A DNA stretch of 64,000 nt, taken from Phycisphaerales bacterium. GTDB lineage: Bacteria > Planctomycetota > Phycisphaerae > Phycisphaerales > UBA1924. The notes beneath the pieces are model-generated. The model was not told the origin of the DNA. It saw nothing but the letters and a program-made list of their open reading frames with translations, and made no database searches. This document shows, one piece after another, positions 40,254-50,050 of the stretch (position 1 is the first letter of the stretch; every line of letters begins with the position of its first letter). The position numbers and the translations under genes are program-made. The stretch covers positions 2,144,001 through 2,208,000 of the forward strand of contig OZ245777.1 in NCBI GenBank assembly GCA_965227775.1. Direction: 5' to 3'.

Positions 40254-42059
40254 ATGCGCAATCACATGATTAGCCGACCGGTAGCCATCGGTTTGGTGGT
40301 GTTCTCTGGTCAAGCTGCGGCCTATTCAGCCTCCGATCCACTCTCCACGCCGTTCCCAGCAGCGGTCGACTTGTCCACACTCGACGGCACTACGGGGTTC
40401 TCAATTCTCGGGGCTGAGCAGGGGGATCGTGCCGGATACGCCGCGGCACCCGCAGGGGATGTCAACGGAGATGGAGTAGATGATCTGCTGATCGGTGCTC
40501 GGCGGGCAGATCCGTCCGGACGCGCGGGTGCCGGTAGGGTCTATGTGCTCTTTGGTCGCAAGACGGCGACCACAAGTCCGTTTCCTGCCCGCCTAGATCT
40601 TGAGACGCTGGATTCCGCCGACGGCTTGGTCATTAATGGCATCCGATTTCAGGATCGAAGTGGGTACTCAGTTGCTGGCGTTGGCGATGTCAATGGAGAT
40701 GGGCGCGACGACATTCTGATCGGTGCTACCCAGGACGGAAGGGGAGCGCTTGAGACTGAGGGTGAGGCGTACATTGTCTTTGGTCGCTCAGAGACCACGC
40801 CGTTCCCGCTAGCACTGGAGCTAGCAGATCTCGATGGTTCCAATGGTTTTCGGATGGAGGGTGTGGCCCAGGATGCTCGCACCGGCGTTGCTGTTGCGGG
40901 GGCGGGCGACGTTAACGGAGACGGAGTTGCGGACTTGCTAGTCGGTGCTGACGACGCTAGTCCAAAAGGTCGCTTCAGTGCCGGGAACACATACGTCGTA
41001 TTCGGCAGGAACTCCGCCGCTGGTGAAGTCTTTCCAGCCATTGTGGATCTAGCGGGACTCGATGGCACTCAGGGTTTTGGCGTGGTTGGTGCAAGCACTG
41101 GGGACGATAGCGGCCGAGCCGTATCTGCCTCTGGTGATATGAATGGAGATGGCATCGACGATTTCCTCATCGGAGCTCGATGGGTTGGCATTGATGACAT
41201 CGGCAATTGCTACCTATTATTTGGGCGCTCAGATAGCGCTTTTCCGCCAGAAGTCGACCTCGATCACTTGCCTTCTGAACTGGGTGTTACGCTTAAAGGA
41301 GCTTCGGCAAACGATGAAACAGGGTACTCGGTTGCTGGGTCCGGTGACATCAACGGCGATGGGCTTAGTGACGCAGTGATTGCAGCACGTCTTGCCGACG
41401 ATGCGGATCGCGTCGATGCCGGAACCGTTTACGTTGTATACGGCCGTACCACAGCTCAGCCATTTCCTGCCGACATCCTACTTGGCGACTTGCGAGGCCA
41501 GGATGGCTTTCGAATCGTGGGGGCGGCTGCAGGCGATACCGCTGGAGTTTCGGTCAGTCTAGCCGGCGATGTCAATGGTGACGGTCTCGATGATTTACTG
41601 GTCGGTGCACCTATGGCCTCCCCGAGTGGACGATCTCAAGCTGGCACCACCTACCTTCTCTACGGTCGCGTCGGCGATTTCCAAGACATAGTCGACCTTG
41701 CCGTTCTCGATCCTGCTTTAGGCACACGATTCGAGGGAGGTGGCGAGGACGAGAACAGCGGCAGAATAGCTCAGCATGCTGGTGACTTGAATGGAGATGG
41801 GATCAGTGACATTGTCATCGGTGCACCATTTGCTCCAGTCGGCGACAAGGTTGACGCTGGGACGGCATACGTTATTTTTGGACGCCAGCCCGGCTGTAGA
41901 GTAGATGTAGATAGAGATGGTGTGCTCACTGTATTTGATTTTCTAGCTTATCAAAACCTGTTTGCTGCAGGAGATATCTGCGCAGACTATGACGAGGATG
42001 GCGAGATCACCTTATTCGATTTCCTGCTCTTTCAAAACGAGTTCGATGTGGGGTGCTGA
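40254..42059 (+). CDS. Integrin-alpha-like FG-GAP repeat protein with dockerin-like tail
   Basis: Seven GD(V/M/I/L)NGDGxxDxx(I/V)xA repeats with YVxFG; C-terminal CRVDVDRDGVLTVFDF...FDVGC. Confidence 0.9.
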   Translation: MRNHMISRPVAIGLVVFSGQAAAYSASDPLSTPFPAAVDLSTLDGTTGFSILGAEQGDRAGYAAAPAGDVNGDGVDDLLIGARRADPSGRAGAGRVYVLFGRKTATTSPFPARLDLETLDSADGLVINGIRFQDRSGYSVAGVGDVNGDGRDDILIGATQDGRGALETEGEAYIVFGRSETTPFPLALELADLDGSNGFRMEGVAQDARTGVAVAGAGDVNGDGVADLLVGADDASPKGRFSAGNTYVVFGRNSAAGEVFPAIVDLAGLDGTQGFGVVGASTGDDSGRAVSASGDMNGDGIDDFLIGARWVGIDDIGNCYLLFGRSDSAFPPEVDLDHLPSELGVTLKGASANDETGYSVAGSGDINGDGLSDAVIAARLADDADRVDAGTVYVVYGRTTAQPFPADILLGDLRGQDGFRIVGAAAGDTAGVSVSLAGDVNGDGLDDLLVGAPMASPSGRSQAGTTYLLYGRVGDFQDIVDLAVLDPALGTRFEGGGEDENSGRIAQHAGDLNGDGISDIVIGAPFAPVGDKVDAGTAYVIFGRQPGCRVDVDRDGVLTVFDFLAYQNLFAAGDICADYDEDGEITLFDFLLFQNEFDVGC

Positions 42060-42365
42060 CATCGTTGGCCAGATGGCAACGTAGATGTTTATCCGGCTAT
42101 CCTGGTCACCGGGTAGCCACACGCCCGCGCTTGAATCTTCGCAGCTGGCCCACCCCTATGCTCCAAGCGGGCAGGCTGCAAGAAGCAAAGGTACAAGGCC
42201 CACTTGGACTGTGGAATCACATACGGGGGCACGCGAATTCAGCAAAGTGTTTCAGAAAGTCGATGCCTCAGTATCTGATTAATATGGTTTATAAACACCA
42301 ATTGCTCGCTACAAATGCTATTCAAGGCCAATTGTCGGCGGGCCGATCGCAAGAGGGCAAACCTG

Positions 42366-42782
42366 ATGGTGCAACTGCCACAATCACTGGAACTGACAAT
42401 ATCTGATGAGACTGTTCGCCAGGTCGAGCAAGCGGTTCGCTCGATTGCCCCAGATGACTGTGATTTAATAGGCGGGACATATCTCAATGCACTGGCTCGA
42501 GGTGTAGATTTTCGAACACTTCAGTACGGTCGCCAGCTTAGCTTAGTCGACAGCATAGCACTCATCGCAAGCCTTGCAACGCTTGCCCACATCTCGATTG
42601 CCTTAGGCAAGTGGTGGCTCACATCACATGGCTCTACGGTTCCTCCGCCAACAGCTGCCGACCTTGAACCTACCATTAGGGAGCTTGCGACTCGACACAA
42701 GCAAGCCGAACGGCTATTGAAGATCAATCAGGATCAACTCATTGCCTTGATAGACGAGCTGCGATCTAATTCCTCAAAGTGA
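42366..42782 (+). CDS. Small hypothetical protein with one hydrophobic helix
   Basis: Overlaps the next gene by 4 nt; start uncertain. Confidence 0.55.
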   Translation: MVQLPQSLELTISDETVRQVEQAVRSIAPDDCDLIGGTYLNALARGVDFRTLQYGRQLSLVDSIALIASLATLAHISIALGKWWLTSHGSTVPPPTAADLEPTIRELATRHKQAERLLKINQDQLIALIDELRSNSSK

Positions 42783-44356
42783 CAACGATGCTCAAAAGTC
42801 TGAGCATAGTCCAAGGCATATTCTCAGTAGCCAGGCAAAATCTTGCCGTGAATGTACTGGCCTGTACTGCCATCGGATCGCTCTGGTCGCCTGCTACTGG
42901 GGCGCTGTATTGGCTATGCATTCCCCTGCTTGTCGTACTTTCTGTTGTGATATGCACGCTCGCGTTCGCACCAACAACAGTTGGTCAGGTGAGACAATAT
43001 GTGCGCTTCGCCATTGAACAAGGTAGAGGCGCTTATTCGCTGATATCATTAGATACTGTTCTTTCGGCGCTCTACTATCGCAGCCACTCTGATACACACT
43101 GCGAAACGCCTGATGAGTTTGTCAAGCGCATTCGCCCTGCACTACAGAACTGGAGTGGTATAGCAAGCACATGGCGATTTCATGCGCCACAAGCCTTGCC
43201 ACAACGAACACTACCCAGTGCTACCGTTACTTTTCCCTCAACTGAAGGCGCAAGGCTATTTTTAACGGACTCGCCACGTGACATGACTGATCTACAATTG
43301 ATTACTCTTCTTCATGAAATCGGTCATGTTAGCCTGACTAGCAGACTTACGAGTCTGATGTCGTATTCGAGTAACCTAGGTCCCATTGTACTAAGCTATC
43401 CTGTCGTTCTCTTTCTTGTGCCGATCCAAGCATGGCCGGTCGTTTCCATCTGCTTCGGAGCGGCGTTGATCGTCGCCGGCGTCGTAGTTTACATCATGCT
43501 TCGAGAGGCGGTCTTTCACGAAGAAACCCAAGCAGACTTTTACGCGATATCCAATGCTGCGCCATCATGGTTACAAACACGAAACCTCCCCAATATTGCC
43601 GAGATACTAAGCAGGTCGCACAACCTATCCGATCGATATAGAGTGCAACGACGGGACTACATTCTCGAACTCTTAATGCAGCGAAGTACAGGCGGTGCCA
43701 CCAATAGTTCTAAATCCGTAACGCTAGCTCTTAAAACAGCTGCTAATCTTGCAGGACTACGAGATGTACTGTTGATATTTGCAGGGTGCCAAGCAGGGAT
43801 TTACGTAGTCGCCTGTAGTTGGGTCGAGTTCAGTGCCCTCGCGATCGTCGCCATCAGTGCACTTGTCGTGGGAGCACAAGTCGCCGGCCTCGCGCAGCGT
43901 ATGGTCAAGGCCGGAGACATGTGGCTGGGTACGCGTCCGTATGAAGATGCATGGTATAGCACGTATAAAGAAGCAGCAGCTATTAGTCTCCTTGTCCCTC
44001 GCCACATTCAAGAACAATTGGCACGTCCGCCATGTTGGGCGGCGTTGTATCAGAATGCCAGTGAAGCAGATGTGCGCTGGAGTGTTTCTGATCAGTCGTT
44101 GGTGATTGCTCACCATGAAGCTCCAGGGGCAGTCCTTGTGGATGTTGAATATTGGCCAAAAAGTCGAAGCCTCTGTGTTCTTGATCAACAGCGCAGGCGC
44201 GTGTGGATTTGCACGGTACCGGCGGGATCGCTAACCGATAAACTTGAGAAAGCTGGTAGCATTATTATTAGGCAAGCCGTTAACTCAGTCACAGTGAGCC
44301 AGCAGATAGTGCCGCTCCAGGTGGTGACATCCGAAGAGGTGGAGGCAAGCCAGTAG
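42779..44356 (+). CDS. Membrane zinc metallopeptidase-like protein (M48-like)
   Basis: LLHEIGH, two TM helices, then EETQADFYA. Confidence 0.65.
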   Translation: MTTMLKSLSIVQGIFSVARQNLAVNVLACTAIGSLWSPATGALYWLCIPLLVVLSVVICTLAFAPTTVGQVRQYVRFAIEQGRGAYSLISLDTVLSALYYRSHSDTHCETPDEFVKRIRPALQNWSGIASTWRFHAPQALPQRTLPSATVTFPSTEGARLFLTDSPRDMTDLQLITLLHEIGHVSLTSRLTSLMSYSSNLGPIVLSYPVVLFLVPIQAWPVVSICFGAALIVAGVVVYIMLREAVFHEETQADFYAISNAAPSWLQTRNLPNIAEILSRSHNLSDRYRVQRRDYILELLMQRSTGGATNSSKSVTLALKTAANLAGLRDVLLIFAGCQAGIYVVACSWVEFSALAIVAISALVVGAQVAGLAQRMVKAGDMWLGTRPYEDAWYSTYKEAAAISLLVPRHIQEQLARPPCWAALYQNASEADVRWSVSDQSLVIAHHEAPGAVLVDVEYWPKSRSLCVLDQQRRRVWICTVPAGSLTDKLEKAGSIIIRQAVNSVTVSQQIVPLQVVTSEEVEASQ

Positions 44357-45518
44357 CTATAAGAGTATTGGAACTACCACGGTGCCTATCACGAAATCAA
44401 GTCATTTAGGCAACAGAAGTGTATCAACGCTTACATGCGAGGGGACACTGTCAGAAGGTTGTGCCCTTCGCGATCATGCAAATGAGTGATAGCTCACACT
44501 AGTAGCAAATACGTAGGGACTCAGGCGCATTGAGCGATTGACGTGGCGGGTCGCCTATGAGTGTTGTATAGGTGGTAGCCCGCTGGCCCAATCGCAGGGC
44601 ACTGCAAATCTCCCAAGAGCGACATCTGTAACCTCGCCGTATCAGTCCCACTACGCCGGAGTGGCCACGCCGAGAGGCGGGGTCGGAAAGGGGCTCGAGA
44701 TGTTCTCCATACTGTGCTGGTGCTGATATGAGTGGTGCAAACGTAGACTAGGTTTGAGACATGATGCCGTGGTTATCACCACAATGAATAAGCGGCGTGT
44801 ATCGAGGGGCGTACTGCGCGTGCACTGCGCCGATAATGTCAAGCTCGCAACGGCTGGCTTGTTGAGTGAGCTCGTATCCATTCTGAGCTGTTCTGCGGTT
44901 AGTGCCGAATCTAGTACGTATGTGTGGTATGTCTCAGGAGAAATGTCGGCTCGAGTGATCTGCGATGGGCGTTGTCGATGCGGTGGAAAGTTGTTGGTCA
45001 GTCTACGACTTCTTTACATCTGTGCTGGAGAGGTTGGCGCTCATTGGCGCATAAGGTGTGCGGAAGCCTGCCAATCTGTGATGAAGGGTGACGAAGTGAG
45101 CGGGGGTAAAGTGAGGGATGCGGCGGGTTTGGAGTCCTTGGCAAGGTTGCGCTCTATCCCTGGATGTCACTTGCTGGCCACCGAGAGGTAGACTGCAGAA
45201 TCCTGCCGAAAGCGAGGGATTGGTTCGAAGGCTCAATGGCAGCCGGTTGCCTGTTGAGCTGATGGCTGGCGCGCGACTGGCGCTTGGCCGCCGCACACAC
45301 TTGAGCATGCAGTCCGCCACGGTTGCACTTTCCGCTTGGTACCACCATCCGGGTTGTGCTATTCAGTTGATCATCAAGGGCCTTCAAGCCCTCTACAGAG
45401 CCCGCCTGTGCGGCCGGGCGGCAGTTGCTATGTCCAGGACAGTGAGTCTAAAGGCACTGCGCCCTGTGCTCTGTAGAGGGTTTGAAGCGTCCGGCCACCA
45501 CAGAGGAGTATCCGAGGC

Positions 45519-45911
45519 ATGGACAGCCGCAATCCACCAGCCTATCCAAATCCGACCGAATTCGAGCGTCGTGCGCGGCGCACTGTTGCTCGACGTCTGC
45601 GAAAGTGTCGTCAGGCACGGAAGATCACGCAGACCGCGCTCGCCAAGCACGTCGGTGTGACCTACCAGCAGATCCAGAAGTATGAGACAGGACGCGACCG
45701 CTTGTCGATCGAGCGGCTCATGCTGATTGCAGAGATACTTGACATCCCTATTGGAGGACTACTTTTTGGTACGTCCCGCAGCTCGCAATCGTCTCTTGAA
45801 GGCAGCCAGAGTCTTAGTTTGACCTGCGACGGTACAGAGAGCTTGGAGTTGTTCGATGGCGACATCGTGATCGAAGGGACTGGCTTCACGACCATTCGAA
45901 CTGCTAGTTGA
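45519..45911 (+). CDS. XRE-family HTH regulator
   Basis: ITQTALAKHVGVTYQQIQKYETGRDRLSIERL. Confidence 0.85.
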   Translation: MDSRNPPAYPNPTEFERRARRTVARRLRKCRQARKITQTALAKHVGVTYQQIQKYETGRDRLSIERLMLIAEILDIPIGGLLFGTSRSSQSSLEGSQSLSLTCDGTESLELFDGDIVIEGTGFTTIRTAS

Positions 45912-46039
45912 GCAACTCTTGACGTCACGGGGTTTGCGGAGGGTGTCGCGTCGGTGCTCGATTGAGGTTGCCTTCCACTTCCATACGACTTGTGTGGAGC
46001 CAAGGCTGTCACTTCGCGTGGGAGGATTGAGCCGGCGGC

Positions 46040-46222
46040 GTGCCATTGGGCGCTCTTTAGGGCGTCGACTTTGTCGGTCGTGTCGTCGACGAGCGCCTGG
46101 GTGGCGTCGATCTGCTCGGTGGTCAGGCCGATGTTGGGCGGGGTTCCATTGGCAGCCCAGACGGTGGCGTGCTCCCTGGCCCAGGTTACGAATTGCGAAT
46201 CGCTATTCGGAGTCCGGGTCAT
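46040..46222 (-). pseudogene. Truncated 5' fragment of a hypothetical gene
   Basis: RBS plus MTRTPNSDSQFVTWAREHATVWAANGTPPNIGLT...ALKSAQ with GC-biased codons, then an abrupt change to non-coding-like sequence. Confidence 0.45.
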
Positions 46223-46402
46223 GGCCGCTTCCCTCGATTGCCCTGGCGTATGGGACAGGACGGGTTCCTGCACTCGCGGGCTGAGCCGAAGCGATCGTTG
46301 ACCGGTTCGAGGACTTCGCCAGCAAGAGCGCGGCCGAGGTCGCCGCCGTGCACGACTTCGAGATCGCGTACAAGGATGACTTCGACGACGCGGAGTGAAG
46401 CG

Positions 46403-48628
46403 TCAGGAGGAAGGCAAGGAGGCATCGAACGGAAGCCACACGAGCTCCCGCGAGATGCCTTCGTCCAACAGTTCTTCCGGCAGGAGATCGTCGTACTTGC
46501 GCCGGGCCTTGGGTTGGACGTGCGTGGCGAGTCTCCTCAGATCCGGAGAGGAGCCCTCGGCGCCGAAAACGATGTTCCGGAGTTGCTCTGCCGAACACGC
46601 ACAGGCGAGCGCAATGGTCTTGTCCTCTGCGCTCACGCCCGCGCTGGCAAGGAATGCCTGGTAGGTCCTCGTCTCGGCCCCGCCCGACCAGGTCAGCCAC
46701 AAGCACGATTTGCCGCCCTGCGGCACGATCCTGCGACGCGCAAGGTCGCGCTCGGCAGCCAGCCGGCGGGCGGCCTCGAGCGCGTCGCGCGTGGTCGCAT
46801 CGGCGTAGGGCACCGGTTCATCGGTCGACAACAGACGCAGCATGCAATCGATGATCCTGTGGTGCACGCGGGACGCGCCGCCGCCGAAGGTCGGACGCTC
46901 CCCGCGCCGGGCGGGTACAACATGGATCTTGCGCCGCTCGTCGTCGATGTCGGTGATCAGCCATCGCTGTGCGGCGAAGACCACGTGCTTGCCCACCTTC
47001 GGAAGCCGGTCGGTCGGCCACGTGCCCAGCGTGCGTGAGCCCGCGATGAGCGTGTACTCGACGGGCGTCGCGAAGGCCGCATAGAAGTCCTGGCGGGCGC
47101 GCAGCTTCTCGCCCAGGAGCCCGAGGATGAGGGCGCCATCCGGCCCCTGCTCGATCACGTCCTTGGCGCCCAGGGCCCGCAACACGCGCCCGAAGAGCGC
47201 CGCGTCGCAGGCACGGAACGGTCCGTCGATGCATAACCGCTCGTGCAATGTATCCGCCCGGAGCGCCCCCGCCTCGGCGATCGAGCTGATGACCTGGTGC
47301 GTCAGGGTGCTCAGGTCCAGGTGCGCCGGGTCCGGCGGCTCGACCCAGTGCTCCAGCAAGAGCGAACACACCGCCAGGCCCTGGAGCAGTTCCAGGGGCA
47401 GCTCGTCGATCGGGTTCTCCGAGTCGGGATCGACCGTGCAATCGACGTAGCACCGCACGCGTCTCGGCTCGTCCCCGCGCCGCCCGCTCCGCCCGAGACG
47501 CTGCTTGAAGGACGCCACCGACCACGGCGCCCCCTTCTGGCCCACCGTGCGAACCGAGCCGATGTCGATGCCCATCTCCAGCGTGCTCGAACAGATCGTC
47601 GTGCGGGCCCCGCCCGTCTTCATCCGTGCCTCGGTGTCCTCGCGGACTTCTCGCGACAACGAACCGTGGTGCACGAGGAACTGCTCTGGCAACCCCGCGT
47701 CTCGGCAGGCCTGGTTGGCCATGTCCGCCAGCAACTCGATGTCGCCCTTGGCGTTGGCGAAGACGAGGCTGGCCGAGCCGTGGCAATGCTCGACCAGATC
47801 CTCGGCGATGGCCCGCAACACGAGCAGCTCGCTCGAATCGATATTGTCGCCTTCCGCGTCCTGATCGGAGACCGTGTTCGCGTGTGTCGCTGCGCGCATG
47901 AGTTCGTGGCCGTCGTAGCCGTGTACGCGCATGCGCAGCTCGGTCTGGCCGGGCGCGTCGGCGATCGTCTCGACCGACGCGGGGTCGTCGGGCGCGAGGT
48001 AGCGCCGCGCGATGTCGGGGTCGCCGATGGTGGCCGAGAGCCCCAGCATCCGCCACGGGGCCTCGCCTTCGTGCCGGTAGCGCCGCAGGCGAGCGAGCAG
48101 GCTCGAGAGGTGCGTGCCGCGCTCGCCGTCGAGGAACGCGTGCAGCTCATCGATCACCACCGCCCGCAGCCCGCCGAAGAGCGCGGGCAGGTGGGCCGTG
48201 CGATTGACCAGCAGCGATTCGAGCGACTCGGGTGTGATCAGCAGCACCCCGCCGGGCTCGCGAACCAGGGCGTCCTTCTTCGCCTGGCCCACGTCGCCGT
48301 GCCAGCGGTGCACGGGCACGTCCAGGTGCGTGCAGAGCTCCTCCAGGCGGGCGAACTGGTCGTTGATGAGCGCCTTGAGCGGCCCGACGTATACCGCGCG
48401 CACCGAGCCGGCCGGCTCCTGGCCGATGGCCGACAGCACGGGCAGGAAGGCCGCTTCGGTCTTGCCACCGGCGGTCTCGGCCATGAGCAGCAGGTGCCGG
48501 TTCGTCCGGAACCACGCGCGGATGGCGTCGACCTGGATGGGCCGCAGGGCGGGCCACTTCATGGCGTAGAGCTGGCGCTGCACGCCCGGGGCGAGCAGCG
48601 CGAACGCCGAGTCGCTGGAGCTGGTCAT
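46403..48628 (-). CDS. Lhr-like DEAD/DEAH helicase, Shango SngC-like
   Basis: TAGGKTEAA, PLKAL, DELH, LSAT, HHGSL, TLEMGIDIG, QRLGRSGRR. Confidence 0.88.
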   Translation of the reverse strand: MTSSSDSAFALLAPGVQRQLYAMKWPALRPIQVDAIRAWFRTNRHLLLMAETAGGKTEAAFLPVLSAIGQEPAGSVRAVYVGPLKALINDQFARLEELCTHLDVPVHRWHGDVGQAKKDALVREPGGVLLITPESLESLLVNRTAHLPALFGGLRAVVIDELHAFLDGERGTHLSSLLARLRRYRHEGEAPWRMLGLSATIGDPDIARRYLAPDDPASVETIADAPGQTELRMRVHGYDGHELMRAATHANTVSDQDAEGDNIDSSELLVLRAIAEDLVEHCHGSASLVFANAKGDIELLADMANQACRDAGLPEQFLVHHGSLSREVREDTEARMKTGGARTTICSSTLEMGIDIGSVRTVGQKGAPWSVASFKQRLGRSGRRGDEPRRVRCYVDCTVDPDSENPIDELPLELLQGLAVCSLLLEHWVEPPDPAHLDLSTLTHQVISSIAEAGALRADTLHERLCIDGPFRACDAALFGRVLRALGAKDVIEQGPDGALILGLLGEKLRARQDFYAAFATPVEYTLIAGSRTLGTWPTDRLPKVGKHVVFAAQRWLITDIDDERRKIHVVPARRGERPTFGGGASRVHHRIIDCMLRLLSTDEPVPYADATTRDALEAARRLAAERDLARRRIVPQGGKSCLWLTWSGGAETRTYQAFLASAGVSAEDKTIALACACSAEQLRNIVFGAEGSSPDLRRLATHVQPKARRKYDDLLPEELLDEGISRELVWLPFDASLPSS

Positions 48629-48638
48629 GAGCGGCCGG

Positions 48639-49976
48639 TCATAGCTTGAACGTGGCCAGGTCGTCGTCGTCCGGCGTCGCCGTCGCAGCCGGCTCGTCGT
48701 CGTCCACCGGGTCGCCCAGGTCTTCGCTCCCGGCCGTCGTGGTCAGCCCGCCGATGAGCCGGGCCCAGTCGGCCTCTGGATTCTGCTCGAGCACGTTCAG
48801 CAGGCCGACGAAGTCCTTGATGGTCTCGCGGGGCGTCTGGAAGTAGCTCGCGCCCATGCGTTCGTTGCAGCTCACGAGGTAGCGTTCGATGGCCTCGTCG
48901 GGCAGCACCGACGCGCCGTCCCCGCCGCGGGCGAACACCCGGCGGACGTTGGACAGCAGCACGTAGCAGTCTTCGGGCGTGAGGTTCTCCAAGCGGATGA
49001 CCGGCCCGGAGAGGTCGGTCAGGCCGTCCACGGCGAAGCGGTTGTCGGCCAGACGCGTGGCCAGGGCCTCGTAGCTGAACAGCCCGCGGCGCGTGTCGGT
49101 CAGGCAGTCATCGGTCGCCGCCAGCAGGAACATCAGGCCCTCGACCGAGCCCTGCAGGCAGTCATTGAGGATGCGAAGGATGGCCTCGTAGTTGCGATCG
49201 CGGCTGGTGCGGTTGTTCAGCCGGTGGCTGAGCACCACCAGTTCGTCGAGACACACCAGCAGGCCCGAGTAGCCCGCCAGCCGGACGAACGCCGCCATGA
49301 GCTTGAGGTAGTCGTAGATCGACTCGTCGTCGATAATCGTGCGCACGCCCAGGTCCTGCCGCGCCTCGGTCTTCGTGCGGTACTCGGCCCGCAGCCAGCG
49401 GATGGCCGCGTCCTGGAGCGGCGCGTCGTGGGTCGCGTGCCCCCGGTAGTACGCCGCCAGCACGGCGGCGAAGTCGTAGCCGCTGACGAGCTCTTGCAGC
49501 GGCCGCAGGTCCGACTTGATGCGCGACTCGACGTCCTCGTCGCTGCCGCCCTCGCTATGGACCTCGTGCGCGAGTTCGCCCACCCAGCGCTCGACGATGT
49601 TGCCCATCGCCTGGCCCTCGGGCCGTGAGCGCGTAGCGATGTTGCGGGCCAGCTCGCCGTAGAGGGCGCGGGCCACGCCGTTGGAGCCCGTCAGCCGGCG
49701 ATCGACGGTGATGTCGGCCCGCATCACGGCGAAGCGCCGCTCCATCGCCACGGTCTGGACCAGGTTCAGGAAGAAGCTCTTGCCCGAGCCGAAGCGGCCG
49801 ACGATGAAGCGGATGCCCGCGCCGCCGTTCTCGGCCCGCTTGAGGTCGTCCAGCAGGGCCTCGATCTCGCTCTTGCGGCCGACCTGGACGTGCTGCAGCC
49901 CGATCGCCGGCACGACGCCGGCCCCGAGCGAGCTGAGGATCGCCGAACGCTCCTTCTCACGGATCTTCGCCGCCAT
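48639..49976 (-). CDS. P-loop ATPase (DUF2791-like), Shango SngB-like
   Basis: GVVPAIGLQHVQVGRKSE, GRFGSGKS, GLLVCLDE, GLFSYEALATRL. Confidence 0.88.
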   Translation of the reverse strand: MAAKIREKERSAILSSLGAGVVPAIGLQHVQVGRKSEIEALLDDLKRAENGGAGIRFIVGRFGSGKSFFLNLVQTVAMERRFAVMRADITVDRRLTGSNGVARALYGELARNIATRSRPEGQAMGNIVERWVGELAHEVHSEGGSDEDVESRIKSDLRPLQELVSGYDFAAVLAAYYRGHATHDAPLQDAAIRWLRAEYRTKTEARQDLGVRTIIDDESIYDYLKLMAAFVRLAGYSGLLVCLDELVVLSHRLNNRTSRDRNYEAILRILNDCLQGSVEGLMFLLAATDDCLTDTRRGLFSYEALATRLADNRFAVDGLTDLSGPVIRLENLTPEDCYVLLSNVRRVFARGGDGASVLPDEAIERYLVSCNERMGASYFQTPRETIKDFVGLLNVLEQNPEADWARLIGGLTTTAGSEDLGDPVDDDEPAATATPDDDDLATFKL

Positions 49977-50050
49977 GACGACCCCCTGCTGCTCCCTGCC
50001 GCCCGCTGCTGCCAGTCCCACTCGGCCTCTCGGGAACATGCTAGAGGGCG

